Source: a virus
Taxonomy: Duplodnaviria > Caudoviricetes
IMG/VR virus record: IMGVR_UViG_3300031515_000001
Location: 1-55,522 of that record
Length of the DNA stretch: 55,522 nt
Reading direction: 5' to 3' (one strand)
The notes below the pieces were generated by a model. It ran no database searches. It was not told the DNA's origin and was given only the letters and a program-made list of their open reading frames with translations. Position 1 is the first letter of the stretch, and the number at the start of each line of letters is the position of its first letter. A program made the position numbers and the translations under genes. This document shows, in pieces, positions 46,901 to 55,522 of this stretch.

Positions 46901-49900
46901 TTTTGATGCTCTCATAATATCCTTGGCAGAAGTTAATACTCCAATTAGCATGTCTGTGAACTTACCTGACTTGCTTTGTATTCTATTAAATTCAGTTTCA
47001 ACTCTATCTATCTTAGTATTAGCATCTCTAAACATAGCATAGGATTTATCTCCGAGCAGTGTTAAAGCATCATTCATATATCCAATTGGTACTCTTTCTA
47101 TATTACCTTGTCCCTCTTTTAAATAACTGCCTGCCTCTATCTTTGCAAACATATCATTTACAGAGGCAAATCCCAAACCACGTATAAAATTAGTTATCTT
47201 CTCTATAAAGTTATTAAATGATTCTATTATTCTCTTCATAAAGGAGGGGGGTTCTTGTCTTTCAGATAGATATCTGCCAAATGCCTCAGCTATACCTTCT
47301 TCAGTTTTATATTTAGCAAGAGCTAATTTGTAGTCAGACTCTTTTATTTTTCCAGCCTTAGCTAATATATGAATCACTTCATGTCCAACTGTTGTAATTA
47401 CATCTGGATGATTTTCTACTAATCCAATAAAACCTTCCTTATTGTTAGCCAGCCAGTAAGAAAAACCAGCCACAGTTTTATCATGATTTTTTGTAAGTTC
47501 TTTATATAGTTCATGTTTTGGAGATACAAAGGCATACTTAATATCTATATTAAATGGTGATAATATCTGAGTAAGCATTCTATGTATAACAAGATGGTTT
47601 ACAGCTGTGTTGTTCAGCAAGTGAGGCACTTCAGATAATGTTCTAAATTCAATATCTGGAATTTCATCCAGTTTTGGTATGATTTTTTGTAATTGCTCAG
47701 ATGTAATGACTGTATCATATATTTCCCTAATTTCATTAAGGGTTTTTGGAGAAACATTCCTGTTTTGGGCTTGTTCTAATAAATCTATATATCTGGAATA
47801 AATAATATCTTCTGGAGCGGTTATTTTTGCCCCTTTTGTTTCTCTTCTCCAATATAGATTCCATGCTTTCTGGATTGTTCTTAGCTCTTTTATTAATGGT
47901 GTAAGTTTTTCATTCTGCTCATTCTGAGATAGTTTGGTATTTCTAAGCACTGCATACAAGTTCCTAATCAATGCATCAGCTTTTTCATACAGCTTTATAT
48001 GTCCTTCTTTAACTTCTTTTGTTAGAGTTATTTCTGTATCTTTGTCATCTGTTAAAGCCTTCTGTAGTTCGGACACCATCATAGTCTCAGCAATTTCCAT
48101 TTTTCTGGGCATATCTTTGAGCAGGTTGTATGTAGATATAAGGTTTCTTAAGTTTGACTCAAGAGTAGGAACTGATTCAAATTGTCTATTGTATTCCATC
48201 ATTATATCTTCAAGTTTCACCTTATTATTTAACAGCTTTTCTATATCAGTTACTTTTATATATTTCTTTATTTCTGAATATAAACGATTATATTTATATT
48301 CAATAGAATCAACAGAGACATTTTTTATGGTATCTACTATTCTGTTATAAGTTATAGGGTCATTTATTATACCATCAGCAATTGTATAAGCAATATATTT
48401 TTCAGGATTCTTGATAAACTCTTTTATTTCATTAATAAACTCCCATTTATTAGAAATCTTATTAATAAGAATATCTCCTTTAAAGATTCTATTCAGCTGT
48501 ATATAAGTAGTACCTCTTATTTGTTTATTTAAATCTATACCAGAATTCTCATCTGTGTTTTTCATATATTCAACAATTACATCAAATAATTTCTGCTGTT
48601 GTCCCTTTCTACCAGCTACATCACTACTTATATATTTTCCAAGCTCTATAAAAGGGCTATCAGCAGACATTATTGACTTGTATGTAGTTGTATCCATTAT
48701 TAATGGAATACTACCAACCTTTCTATCCATAATTGTTGGAATAAATACAATAACTTTATTCGTCTCAGCTAAAGGAACAACATTTAAGTAAAGATTACTT
48801 ACTCTATCAGTTGGCAGAATATTTTCAAAAAATTTAGTTTCAAGTGCCACTCTATAATCAAATCCAAGCATTGAATTGATTATATCTGCTATTTCAGGAT
48901 GTCTTTGCATTATCTTTGTATTTAATTCAGATGTGTAATCTTCAATCGCTTCTTTGAAAGCACGAGCTTTCTCTATTCCAGATATCCGTCCAAGCCATGA
49001 AGAAATGGCTCCGATAGTATAGTAAAAAGGATTTCTATTATAAAGCTCAGCTATATCTGTTATACCAAAGTAATCTTTTAATACTGAGTGGGTAGCAATC
49101 TTTGATAGAATGCGTTTTATCTCTGGAGCAAATTCTCCCCACATATGGTAAGGCAAACTCATCCAGTTGCCTTTGTCTGTTTTCTGGTTAAATAATACCT
49201 GTCTTAATAGTTCAATTTCATCTTTTGTCAGTTTCTGTCTTACTGTTTTTGCAAAATCTTTTATTTCCTTATTGACTTTGCCAGCCTTCTTTTTTGAGTC
49301 AAGTAATACAATCTCTTTTGTTAAGTTATATAGATTAGGAGCCAATCGTGAAAGTTCAAAATTTAGATTGAATTCCCACGTTGAAGTGCTTTCTTTTGTT
49401 ATTCTTGGTTTATCTATTTCTTCTATTTTTTCTTGTGGCTGTAGTGATTTAAATTCTTTTTCTCTTGTTATGTTGCTTTCAATAGCTGTTCTAAATATAG
49501 AATCTATTGGCTCCAATACTCCATTATTTAATAAATGGATAGACAATCCCTCTGTAGTTCCTTTCAATCCAATAATATCCTGTAAGGTATTGGGTTCTGA
49601 TAGTTTTATCTCTTCCTCTGAGTGCTGTTGTCTAACCTTATTACCAATATCTTCTATAACTGATTTGCTCTCAGGCACTTGTACAGCTTTTTTGCTCAGA
49701 ACTTTATTCACAGTCTCATTTCTCCATTTTGTTACTTCAGTAATATTTATGTAAGGTTTATTGTCTTTGGTTACAATGAAAAGTCTCTTTTTCAAAGCTG
49801 GGTTTATAACTGGTACCTTACCTGTATAAGCTTTGACATCTGCCAATGCTTTACCAAGAGTAGTGATATCAGCATCACTTAAGTTTAAAATAAGTTGCTT

Positions 49901-51964
49901 TACTGATTTACTTTGTGGTTCAAGTAAGTCAGAATGTTCTGCTTGTAAACTTTCTCTTGTTATCTTATAAATTTCTTGTCTTTGCGGAATAGCTAACCGT
50001 TCTGTCATCTCTTGGAGTGTTTCTTTAAATGTATCTCCTTTTTCTTCTTTTTCTTCTTTCTTGCTTACAGGCGGTTCAATTACTTCTGGTTCAGTTTCAT
50101 GTTCTTCCTCAACTTGTTTTTTAGCTTTCTCTTTTTCCGATTCACGTCTGACTTTCTCTATTAAATCTTCTTCTACAACTCTGTATTCTTTTGGTGTAAC
50201 CAATTTGCCGTTATCATTTACTACAAGTTTCCCAAGTTTATCCAATATTTCAGTTTTTAATTTTGGGTCTTGATTGGCTTCTTTAGCTGTAATCTTTTTG
50301 TCAGGCATCAATTGTTTATATTTATTAATATCTTCTCGTGTTATATTATAAGAATCAATATTAGTAAATACTTCATTGCCTGTCTCATCGAGTATTTTAA
50401 CTCCAAGTTTATTTATATCACTAAGTAATTCTATCTTTTTTTGCTCATCAGCATTAATATCAGATAATATCTTATCTATTCTTTCTCTCTGGGCAATTGC
50501 TGTTGGCAGGATTATTCCTTGTTCCTCTGGTATTCTTTCCAATACCGAAGACTTTTCCTCTATAGTTTTTATTTCTAATGGCTTCTGTCTCGCAACATAT
50601 TCTTCTTCTGCTTTCTTTAGTATTGCTTCTCCTGCTGTGAACTTCTTTTCAAAATTTAATATAGAATTAGCTACCGCATCCGCTGTTATATATTCTCCTG
50701 AATCTATAAGTATCTTACTTTTAATTCCATTTTCATCTTTTACAGTATCATATATATCTACCTTGTATCCTATTTCATCACCAACCTTAGCTCTGGAAAT
50801 GTCATAAGTGAATCTTTCGCCTTCTATAGTGGTTGAGGTTGATTGGCGAATATAAGCTGCTAAATCATTTGTCTTCATATATGATAAATCAAGCCGTCTA
50901 TTTAGCTCAGAATCCCTTTCCTCAGGCTGTTGTCCTTCTACTTTCTTGACCTCTTCAGGTTTTATCTCTTCAACTTTCGATGTTACTTCCGCAGCTTCAA
51001 GTTTTGTTTCTTCTGGTTTTACTGTTTCCGGGATGATTTCAAATGGTGATTCAGGTTTCTCTACTTCTGGCGCTGGTTTATATTCTTTTGCTTTAAGTGA
51101 TTCTGCTTCTGTTCTCACTTTTTCAGGCTTTGCTGTTTCTGTAAGAGCTTCTGGTATAGCTGTTTCTTGTTTTGGTATAGGAATCCCTTTTCCTCTTGCG
51201 ACTAAACCTTTAGAAACCGCAGCGCCAAGACCAGCTAAACCTCCTCCTACCAAAGCTTCAGCAGCAGTTTCTTTCCAGCGTTCAAGTTTACCTGCTATTA
51301 TGTCTGCGGGGCTAATAGTTCCTGTCAATCCATACTGCTGACCTGCTTCCATAGCTCCAGTTACTAAAGGAAAAGATACAGCTCCCGTTGCCATAGTTGG
51401 TAATATTTTGGTAGGTCTAAATAATGTACCAGCCGGAATAGCTGTAGCACCTCCGGCTATAACCCCTCCAATAAGTGCTCGTGATAAATCTTTTTCACCT
51501 TCTGGTTGCTGCTCATATATTTGCCCGGCTGTGGAGGCACCAATAACTGTTGGAATAGCAGTCCTACCAATTGTACCAGCTGCTTTGGCACCAAATAAGG
51601 GCACGCTGGCTCCTTCAGTTATAAGTGCACCAGCAATAAAAGGCAGTATATTCCCTATTACTCTGCCTACTGCTCCCCTAAAAGTTTGTTCCTCTGGTGG
51701 AGCTAATTTTTGTTCCCATTCTTTTAGAAAATCAGGAGTTAGATTAGTACCAGTAATTGCTCCGGCTAAGCCAGTTAATCCAGTAGCAGTACCTACTACT
51801 CCTTGTGCGAGTCCACGTCCTAACCCTGTAAAAAATCCTTCAGGTGGTTTATATGTTTTTAGATATTCATACACACTTTCTGGGGGAACCCCCTGCATTA
51901 ATAAAGGGAGGATATTTACATTTTTTTCTTTGGCTAACTTAGCAAGTTCTTTATAATCTACCAA
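43958..51964 (-). CDS. large polyvalent-type internal virion/ejection protein
   Basis: 2668 aa; Gly/Ala-rich hydrophobic N-terminus, Glu/Lys/Pro linker, GHEVIH...EEGIAE zincin motif, helical C-terminus with hydrophobic segment; SD GGAGG before TTG. Confidence 0.75.
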   Translation of the reverse strand: MVDYKELAKLAKEKNVNILPLLMQGVPPESVYEYLKTYKPPEGFFTGLGRGLAQGVVGTATGLTGLAGAITGTNLTPDFLKEWEQKLAPPEEQTFRGAVGRVIGNILPFIAGALITEGASVPLFGAKAAGTIGRTAIPTVIGASTAGQIYEQQPEGEKDLSRALIGGVIAGGATAIPAGTLFRPTKILPTMATGAVSFPLVTGAMEAGQQYGLTGTISPADIIAGKLERWKETAAEALVGGGLAGLGAAVSKGLVARGKGIPIPKQETAIPEALTETAKPEKVRTEAESLKAKEYKPAPEVEKPESPFEIIPETVKPEETKLEAAEVTSKVEEIKPEEVKKVEGQQPEERDSELNRRLDLSYMKTNDLAAYIRQSTSTTIEGERFTYDISRAKVGDEIGYKVDIYDTVKDENGIKSKILIDSGEYITADAVANSILNFEKKFTAGEAILKKAEEEYVARQKPLEIKTIEEKSSVLERIPEEQGIILPTAIAQRERIDKILSDINADEQKKIELLSDINKLGVKILDETGNEVFTNIDSYNITREDINKYKQLMPDKKITAKEANQDPKLKTEILDKLGKLVVNDNGKLVTPKEYRVVEEDLIEKVRRESEKEKAKKQVEEEHETEPEVIEPPVSKKEEKEEKGDTFKETLQEMTERLAIPQRQEIYKITRESLQAEHSDLLEPQSKSVKQLILNLSDADITTLGKALADVKAYTGKVPVINPALKKRLFIVTKDNKPYINITEVTKWRNETVNKVLSKKAVQVPESKSVIEDIGNKVRQQHSEEEIKLSEPNTLQDIIGLKGTTEGLSIHLLNNGVLEPIDSIFRTAIESNITREKEFKSLQPQEKIEEIDKPRITKESTSTWEFNLNFELSRLAPNLYNLTKEIVLLDSKKKAGKVNKEIKDFAKTVRQKLTKDEIELLRQVLFNQKTDKGNWMSLPYHMWGEFAPEIKRILSKIATHSVLKDYFGITDIAELYNRNPFYYTIGAISSWLGRISGIEKARAFKEAIEDYTSELNTKIMQRHPEIADIINSMLGFDYRVALETKFFENILPTDRVSNLYLNVVPLAETNKVIVFIPTIMDRKVGSIPLIMDTTTYKSIMSADSPFIELGKYISSDVAGRKGQQQKLFDVIVEYMKNTDENSGIDLNKQIRGTTYIQLNRIFKGDILINKISNKWEFINEIKEFIKNPEKYIAYTIADGIINDPITYNRIVDTIKNVSVDSIEYKYNRLYSEIKKYIKVTDIEKLLNNKVKLEDIMMEYNRQFESVPTLESNLRNLISTYNLLKDMPRKMEIAETMMVSELQKALTDDKDTEITLTKEVKEGHIKLYEKADALIRNLYAVLRNTKLSQNEQNEKLTPLIKELRTIQKAWNLYWRRETKGAKITAPEDIIYSRYIDLLEQAQNRNVSPKTLNEIREIYDTVITSEQLQKIIPKLDEIPDIEFRTLSEVPHLLNNTAVNHLVIHRMLTQILSPFNIDIKYAFVSPKHELYKELTKNHDKTVAGFSYWLANNKEGFIGLVENHPDVITTVGHEVIHILAKAGKIKESDYKLALAKYKTEEGIAEAFGRYLSERQEPPSFMKRIIESFNNFIEKITNFIRGLGFASVNDMFAKIEAGSYLKEGQGNIERVPIGYMNDALTLLGDKSYAMFRDANTKIDRVETEFNRIQSKSGKFTDMLIGVLTSAKDIMRASKEVRISTIDKLKTILDMPRRNEWLMEFYDIVHRGGQYANRLLQAAYNKVFVALKELKTEGLYDKYSDIENECAIIMDFLPKDRFSEVAYRYGVTDPTSIDKMYRVYTETKKGTDLIFREMINALYGMFVKSTISSIKRNIERGKSDFKPDEFNEFINTTFNPYITKILGEITKDAIDKRAILNLQKELSSKIMNEYKKDIYPFSHLLNFIEKSAHSLDELSNIYYKPFTRKGGNYYIKLYQRGEIVDPISGQKSPVLYEVFYHEVNPSKFAEKERADLNNITDKMTQVLKNVGFKFEITEGDIHNNPIIKAKAFKNNLDFIVVKGEKLPIEKSALSNLSYTHLQEIIFALAKHIDSPESEAVLSQLSNAMDKVFAETHYAAARRMFQRHRLPEEFGKIIRGYERDPEEVLSRYFTQMSNSIAHKKVITEYMDYRDKNKELLESNPERLNLLKKTLEGVTAPYNDIARYAYKLRMIGAFYYLSGRISSVVINLTQMLTQLVPELQNYYTMPAERLAMLMDKPSGFILRGEGKITEQILKSIPESIKATVDIAKASKDLVKWWKNGYFKEDFDIANIRKEDIPYKSDIMALRNLITEGIIESQFINMIREENLKVFGRTFQKIFDWTMLPFKYSEYYTRTVGGLLAFRLARAKGLDYETSIRFAAKVTEDVFGDYSRANRPYWMQPRTTAGALLAIPTTLKSYTFNYISWLLHNIGKRNFDKVFISLAAFAVFGGVSAIPFIDDLLDIAERIVGFPYRAKIRNTFRDLFDEPVATAIIQGIPAALGLADMSPALKMELPVPKGLSFDDLGNFLLGVHAQEITRTLKAKEQFSYGDILGTLSYALPIGWAMPFQAISLYNRGLLTKAGKPVIEPETGEQFKLTLPEAVERAFGFRPKRLADIQDRQFYAIRLSSWYEKWRDKIYRKIRLAGENPEDYKDIIESIRDYNKAVIKYKGFIPFIESDTLKQALAPRIDRTLQAVNLI

Positions 51965-51975
51965 TAATACCTCCG

Positions 51976-51993
51976 AATTAAATCGATTTAATT
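51976..51993. repeat. 18-bp palindrome AATTAAATCGATTTAATT
   Basis: Perfect copy overlapping the upstream stop and adjacent to the SD of the 2668-aa gene. Confidence 0.95.
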
Positions 51994-52735
51994 ACTGATT
52001 TAATCGTTCTTTATATAATAAATAAATAGTCGGCATTAGTTGTTTTACTAAGTTATTAGCTGATGTTGGTTGGGTTCCCAAATTATTGGCTGGTGTTTGT
52101 TGGATGCTGACGTTCTCTGTAGGTATTGCAATTCTTTTAAACCGCTCTATCTCATTCTTAAGTTTTGCATAATCTACAGCAGCTTGGTATATTACTTCAG
52201 GTGGTGCCGCAGGATTAGCTATTATTTTTAATAGCTCATTTAAATTAGAATACATTGATGGAATTAATTGCATAGCTTTTATAACTATTGGATTTTCTGC
52301 TGAAGCTACCGCCTTGTATGTATTTACCTTTGCATTGTAATCATCTAACATAGACTTATAAAGATTAAAACCAGCACTTAATATATATTGTATTCCAGCT
52401 GGGGTAGCATATGGACTCGCAAGTAATTTCATAAAACCAGTCCAATCAAACTGAGGCATTTTTGGAAACTCTATAGTATTTTCTTGTTTTGTTATAGTGG
52501 GAGTTTGGATAGGTAATTGAACAGGTACCTGTGTGGTATTTGTTGGAATTGCTTCTGGTTGTTTATTTTTCCATCTAACAATATCAAGCGCCTCGGTAGC
52601 CTTCTTTCGTATTCTATCTGCCAATTCCGCACGTTCTTGCTCAGTAGGATTATGAAAAAATAATCCAGATATAGTATTCCATAAATCACTCATTTTATTT
52701 AGGTTAGGTTCAAAATCTGCAGGAAGGTCTTCCAT
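51992..52735 (-). CDS. putative internal virion (ejection) protein
   Basis: Helical, Gln/Pro/Thr-rich; immediately upstream of the giant ejection-type gene. Confidence 0.5.
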   Translation of the reverse strand: MEDLPADFEPNLNKMSDLWNTISGLFFHNPTEQERAELADRIRKKATEALDIVRWKNKQPEAIPTNTTQVPVQLPIQTPTITKQENTIEFPKMPQFDWTGFMKLLASPYATPAGIQYILSAGFNLYKSMLDDYNAKVNTYKAVASAENPIVIKAMQLIPSMYSNLNELLKIIANPAAPPEVIYQAAVDYAKLKNEIERFKRIAIPTENVSIQQTPANNLGTQPTSANNLVKQLMPTIYLLYKERLNQ

Positions 52736-53293
52736 TTATTTCTCCTCCTCTTTTTCCTTTTCTTGGTCTATTGTATTTAATGAATTATATGTATTTTTCA
52801 TTTTATCAGCCCAAGCTTTAAATTCTTCAAGTAGATTAGGATGTATAAAGGCGCTTTGAATAGCAGAGTACCCGCCAGCAAAATCTCTGAATATATCATA
52901 AGGAGTTTTTGCTTCAAGTAACCCCAAATGCCCTAAGTTTGTTGCAAATCCATATGTAGAAGGTATTGCCCCCAGCAGATGTCCTAACTGCATAGTTAAA
53001 TATTTTCTTGTTAATTTTTCATTCCAAGTTAAATTTGGGGCAGTATTTAGTCGGTCTAATAGATTCATTATATTTGATACTCCAGACATTATAGTAGTTG
53101 GGATGGCAGATGCCTGTTTCATTACAGGCTGTATGTATGAACTTATATTGGTATTTGGATTAAATTCTCTTGAAATATATGACGGATAAGTATATCCATA
53201 ATCTGTTAAAAATGTGCTTGGGGTTGGAACAGCCTTGGGTATATTTTCATTTGTAATTAATATATTTCTTGTATTATCTTGTTTTAGTGTCAT
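52736..53293 (-). CDS. putative internal virion (ejection) protein
   Basis: SD AGGAGG; first of three adjacent genes ending in the giant protein. Confidence 0.5.
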   Translation of the reverse strand: MTLKQDNTRNILITNENIPKAVPTPSTFLTDYGYTYPSYISREFNPNTNISSYIQPVMKQASAIPTTIMSGVSNIMNLLDRLNTAPNLTWNEKLTRKYLTMQLGHLLGAIPSTYGFATNLGHLGLLEAKTPYDIFRDFAGGYSAIQSAFIHPNLLEEFKAWADKMKNTYNSLNTIDQEKEKEEEK

Positions 53294-53328
53294 AAATTTC
53301 CTCCTTCAAAATTATATTACTTATGTTT

Positions 53329-54342
53329 CTAAGTAGTTAGCTTCTTAATACTATAAATTTTAAATATATGCCTGTTTGCTTCTCCGTAATACGATGCATC
53401 TATAGTGAGTGGACAATTAATACTGGGGCTTTCAAACGGATAAATATACTTTACTAACCACTCTCTACTTGAAGGATTAACCGAAATAACTTCCAAATAA
53501 GTACCTCTAGAATCATAACATTGTACAAAAAAATGCAACATATAATCATAATATGCATCTCCCTTAGTATATACTGCTCCTATAAAAGTCCTTCCCGTAT
53601 AGTTTGTATTTTTGGGTATATTAAGTATAAATTCCCTATTTGTATTATCATGTATGTAACGATATAAGTTATACTCGCTATCAAAAATATAGATATGTAT
53701 TGAATTTGGTTCAGGAAAATCACGCGTAAGTGAAGTTCCTACTACATCAAGCCCCGTGTAGTTTTCCTCAAAGGTCATAGCGGAAGTATAGTAGCCTTCT
53801 GCTGTAATTTTTCCATCACTACCTTTCCATAACAAGATGGGTTCTTCATATATACCTATACCAAATCCAATACAGCTTCTAAGTGTTGTCGTTTTCATTA
53901 TATGTGTATTATCTTTGCCAGTAATTACAGCATTTTCATAGTAGGTTAAGTATCCGCCATCAGTTACTAAAGTTTTATGTTTGCCATCAGAACCTATGCC
54001 TGTATTTTCGACGGCGCCTAACCACGATACCCAGCCTGTTAAATCTTCAGAAACTCCAACCATTTTTATTTCACTACCATCTATTAAAGAGATATAAACA
54101 ACGGTGCCCCAATGTACAACATCTATTACTTGAGCTTGTGAGAGGATGTTATCTATATTATTTGTTCTAATTACTTCATCAGTTGATATATTTACTAAGG
54201 AAATCACTACTCTATCAGTACATTCGGATACTTGAACTACTAAGTTATTTCTTATGTAACAACATTTATATGGAGCACCCCCCATACCACACATAGATAA
54301 ATCGTTAAAATCTTGGTTTAGTTCTACTCTTATCATATGCAC
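53329..54342 (-). CDS. hypothetical beta-rich protein, probably virion-associated
   Basis: SD AGGAGG; 337 aa. Confidence 0.5.
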   Translation of the reverse strand: MHMIRVELNQDFNDLSMCGMGGAPYKCCYIRNNLVVQVSECTDRVVISLVNISTDEVIRTNNIDNILSQAQVIDVVHWGTVVYISLIDGSEIKMVGVSEDLTGWVSWLGAVENTGIGSDGKHKTLVTDGGYLTYYENAVITGKDNTHIMKTTTLRSCIGFGIGIYEEPILLWKGSDGKITAEGYYTSAMTFEENYTGLDVVGTSLTRDFPEPNSIHIYIFDSEYNLYRYIHDNTNREFILNIPKNTNYTGRTFIGAVYTKGDAYYDYMLHFFVQCYDSRGTYLEVISVNPSSREWLVKYIYPFESPSINCPLTIDASYYGEANRHIFKIYSIKKLTT

Positions 54343-54365
54343 CTCCTTTAAATCTATAAGATTGA

Positions 54366-55522
54366 TTATTTGCGTCTAATATTTCTCATAACCTCTTCAG
54401 TCAAATAATTATCAAGGAGTATCGCTTGAAGTTCCTTAAATTTACCATTTATTTTAAAGGTAAGATTTCTATCAGTAATTCCTCTTGGTAACATAAATCT
54501 CATTTCTTTGCTTCTTCTTACTCCTTTTCTGTCACAAACATAAGAATTGACCGAAGTATTAGCTGAATCTACTACCCCAATAAAGTATAGATTATCCATT
54601 TTGCCTATCAAAGGTACATCTATATCATATATACTGAATTCAATAGTTGATTGTAAAACATCAGCAGGGGTACCTATTCCTGAATTATTAAATAAATACA
54701 AAGAATCTCCAATGCTTACTACTTCTGTGTAAGTGTCTATTTCAGATACAGCCGTAGTATTTATATTCATAAGGAGCATATTTTCCTTTGTATATTTGAA
54801 ATAATCACCATAATGATAGTTATAAAGTGAATATATTAGATAAATAGTTCCTAATATTTCTGGTAATGTTATTATCTGCGAAGATAATTTAATATTTCCA
54901 ATAACAGTTCCTACTATGGATACATTGCCTATATATTTAACTGAAGGTGTAAATGTTAATTTTAACTGACCGGATATTCTATGTTCTGAAAAGGCACCAA
55001 TAAGATTTATGTTCAATAATAGAGAAGCTCTCCCAGAAACAGTTCCACTATGCTCGGACTGATATAAAACATCATGGTAAAATTGCCCAGTATAAAAATT
55101 AGTTAAATGTGCTGAGCCTTCAAACTCAATAGTAAAAGAACCTTTTATCCTGCCCTCATTTGGCTGAATATATAGACCACGAATATTATCTATAAAATAA
55201 GAAAATATTAGATTAACGCTATTTTCTGTAATTTGTGGACTGGATAAATAACCGCTAAAATTGCGTATAAATTCAATATTTAATTCTGTGAAACCTTCTA
55301 TTTCTTCATAACCGCCTTCAATTATTTGATTGTATACAACTGAAATTGTAAAATAACCTTCTATTTCTTCATAACCGCCTTCAATTATTTGATTGTATGT
55401 AATTGAAGATGTAAGATAAGCTTCATAATTATTTCTGATTTTTAGATTATATGTAATTGAAGCTTCAAAATAAGCTTCTATATCTGCATAGTTACCTCCG
55501 ATTGTTTGATTGTATGCGATTG
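54366..55522 (-). CDS. 3' part of the 20-aa-repeat tail/virion protein (open to the right edge)
   Basis: The frame of track ORF 54366..55016 stays open to 55520 and encodes IAYNQTIGGNYADIEAYFEAS...SITYNQIIEGGYEEIEGYFTISVVYNQIIEGGYEEIEGF. Confidence 0.8.
   Translation of the reverse strand, partial: IAYNQTIGGNYADIEAYFEASITYNLKIRNNYEAYLTSSITYNQIIEGGYEEIEGYFTISVVYNQIIEGGYEEIEGFTELNIEFIRNFSGYLSSPQITENSVNLIFSYFIDNIRGLYIQPNEGRIKGSFTIEFEGSAHLTNFYTGQFYHDVLYQSEHSGTVSGRASLLLNINLIGAFSEHRISGQLKLTFTPSVKYIGNVSIVGTVIGNIKLSSQIITLPEILGTIYLIYSLYNYHYGDYFKYTKENMLLMNINTTAVSEIDTYTEVVSIGDSLYLFNNSGIGTPADVLQSTIEFSIYDIDVPLIGKMDNLYFIGVVDSANTSVNSYVCDRKGVRRSKEMRFMLPRGITDRNLTFKINGKFKELQAILLDNYLTEEVMRNIRRK
55290..55522. 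repeat. ~60-bp coding tandem repeat (~4 copies, one shortened)
   Basis: aaccttctatttcttcataaccgccttcaattatttgattgtat occurs twice about 60 nt apart. Confidence 0.85.

Noticed and set aside
46314-51956. Several long plus-strand ORFs in the track
   Set aside because: Antisense shadows of the 2668-aa gene, Ser/Phe-rich; the same applies to other antisense ORFs such as 34199, 36524, 37448 and 41187
43958-51964. Virion RNA polymerase (N4- or crAss-like)
   Set aside because: No DxDGD or T7-type polymerase motifs seen; only a structure search could exclude it fully
1-55522. tRNA, rRNA, integrase or alternative genetic code
   Set aside because: No cloverleaf or recombinase motif noticed; genes tile densely under the standard code using all three stop codons

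Overview
The window is most of a ~55.5 kb AT-rich tailed-phage genome with a podovirus-like layout (no tape measure, large ejection proteins). It is probably circularly permuted, with both ends breaking inside the same 60-bp coding tandem repeat. Almost all genes are on the minus strand: tail and fibre genes, lysis cassette, adaptor, capsid, scaffold, portal, TerL, an accessory island, TerS, a recombination/replication block (Cas4-like nuclease, endonuclease, RecA, SF2 helicase, SSB, primase, DnaB) and a Ycf46-like AAA / DUF1257-like / DUF2997-like trio. One plus-strand block carries a sigma-like factor, a UDG-family A DNA polymerase fusion and an HTH protein. I recognised no integrase, tRNA or CRISPR array. 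The most striking unexplained signal is a perfect 18-bp palindrome, AATTAAATCGATTTAATT, found 13 times by eye, at gene junctions and clustered in a ~1.8 kb control region. Other notable signals: a hairpin built from variants of that palindrome lying between a Shine-Dalgarno and its GTG start; a conserved element + hairpin leader in front of three accessory genes; an iteron-like array; a ~180-nt inverted repeat; and four stacked hairpins after the HTH gene. All protein family calls come from motif recognition only; no database search was run.
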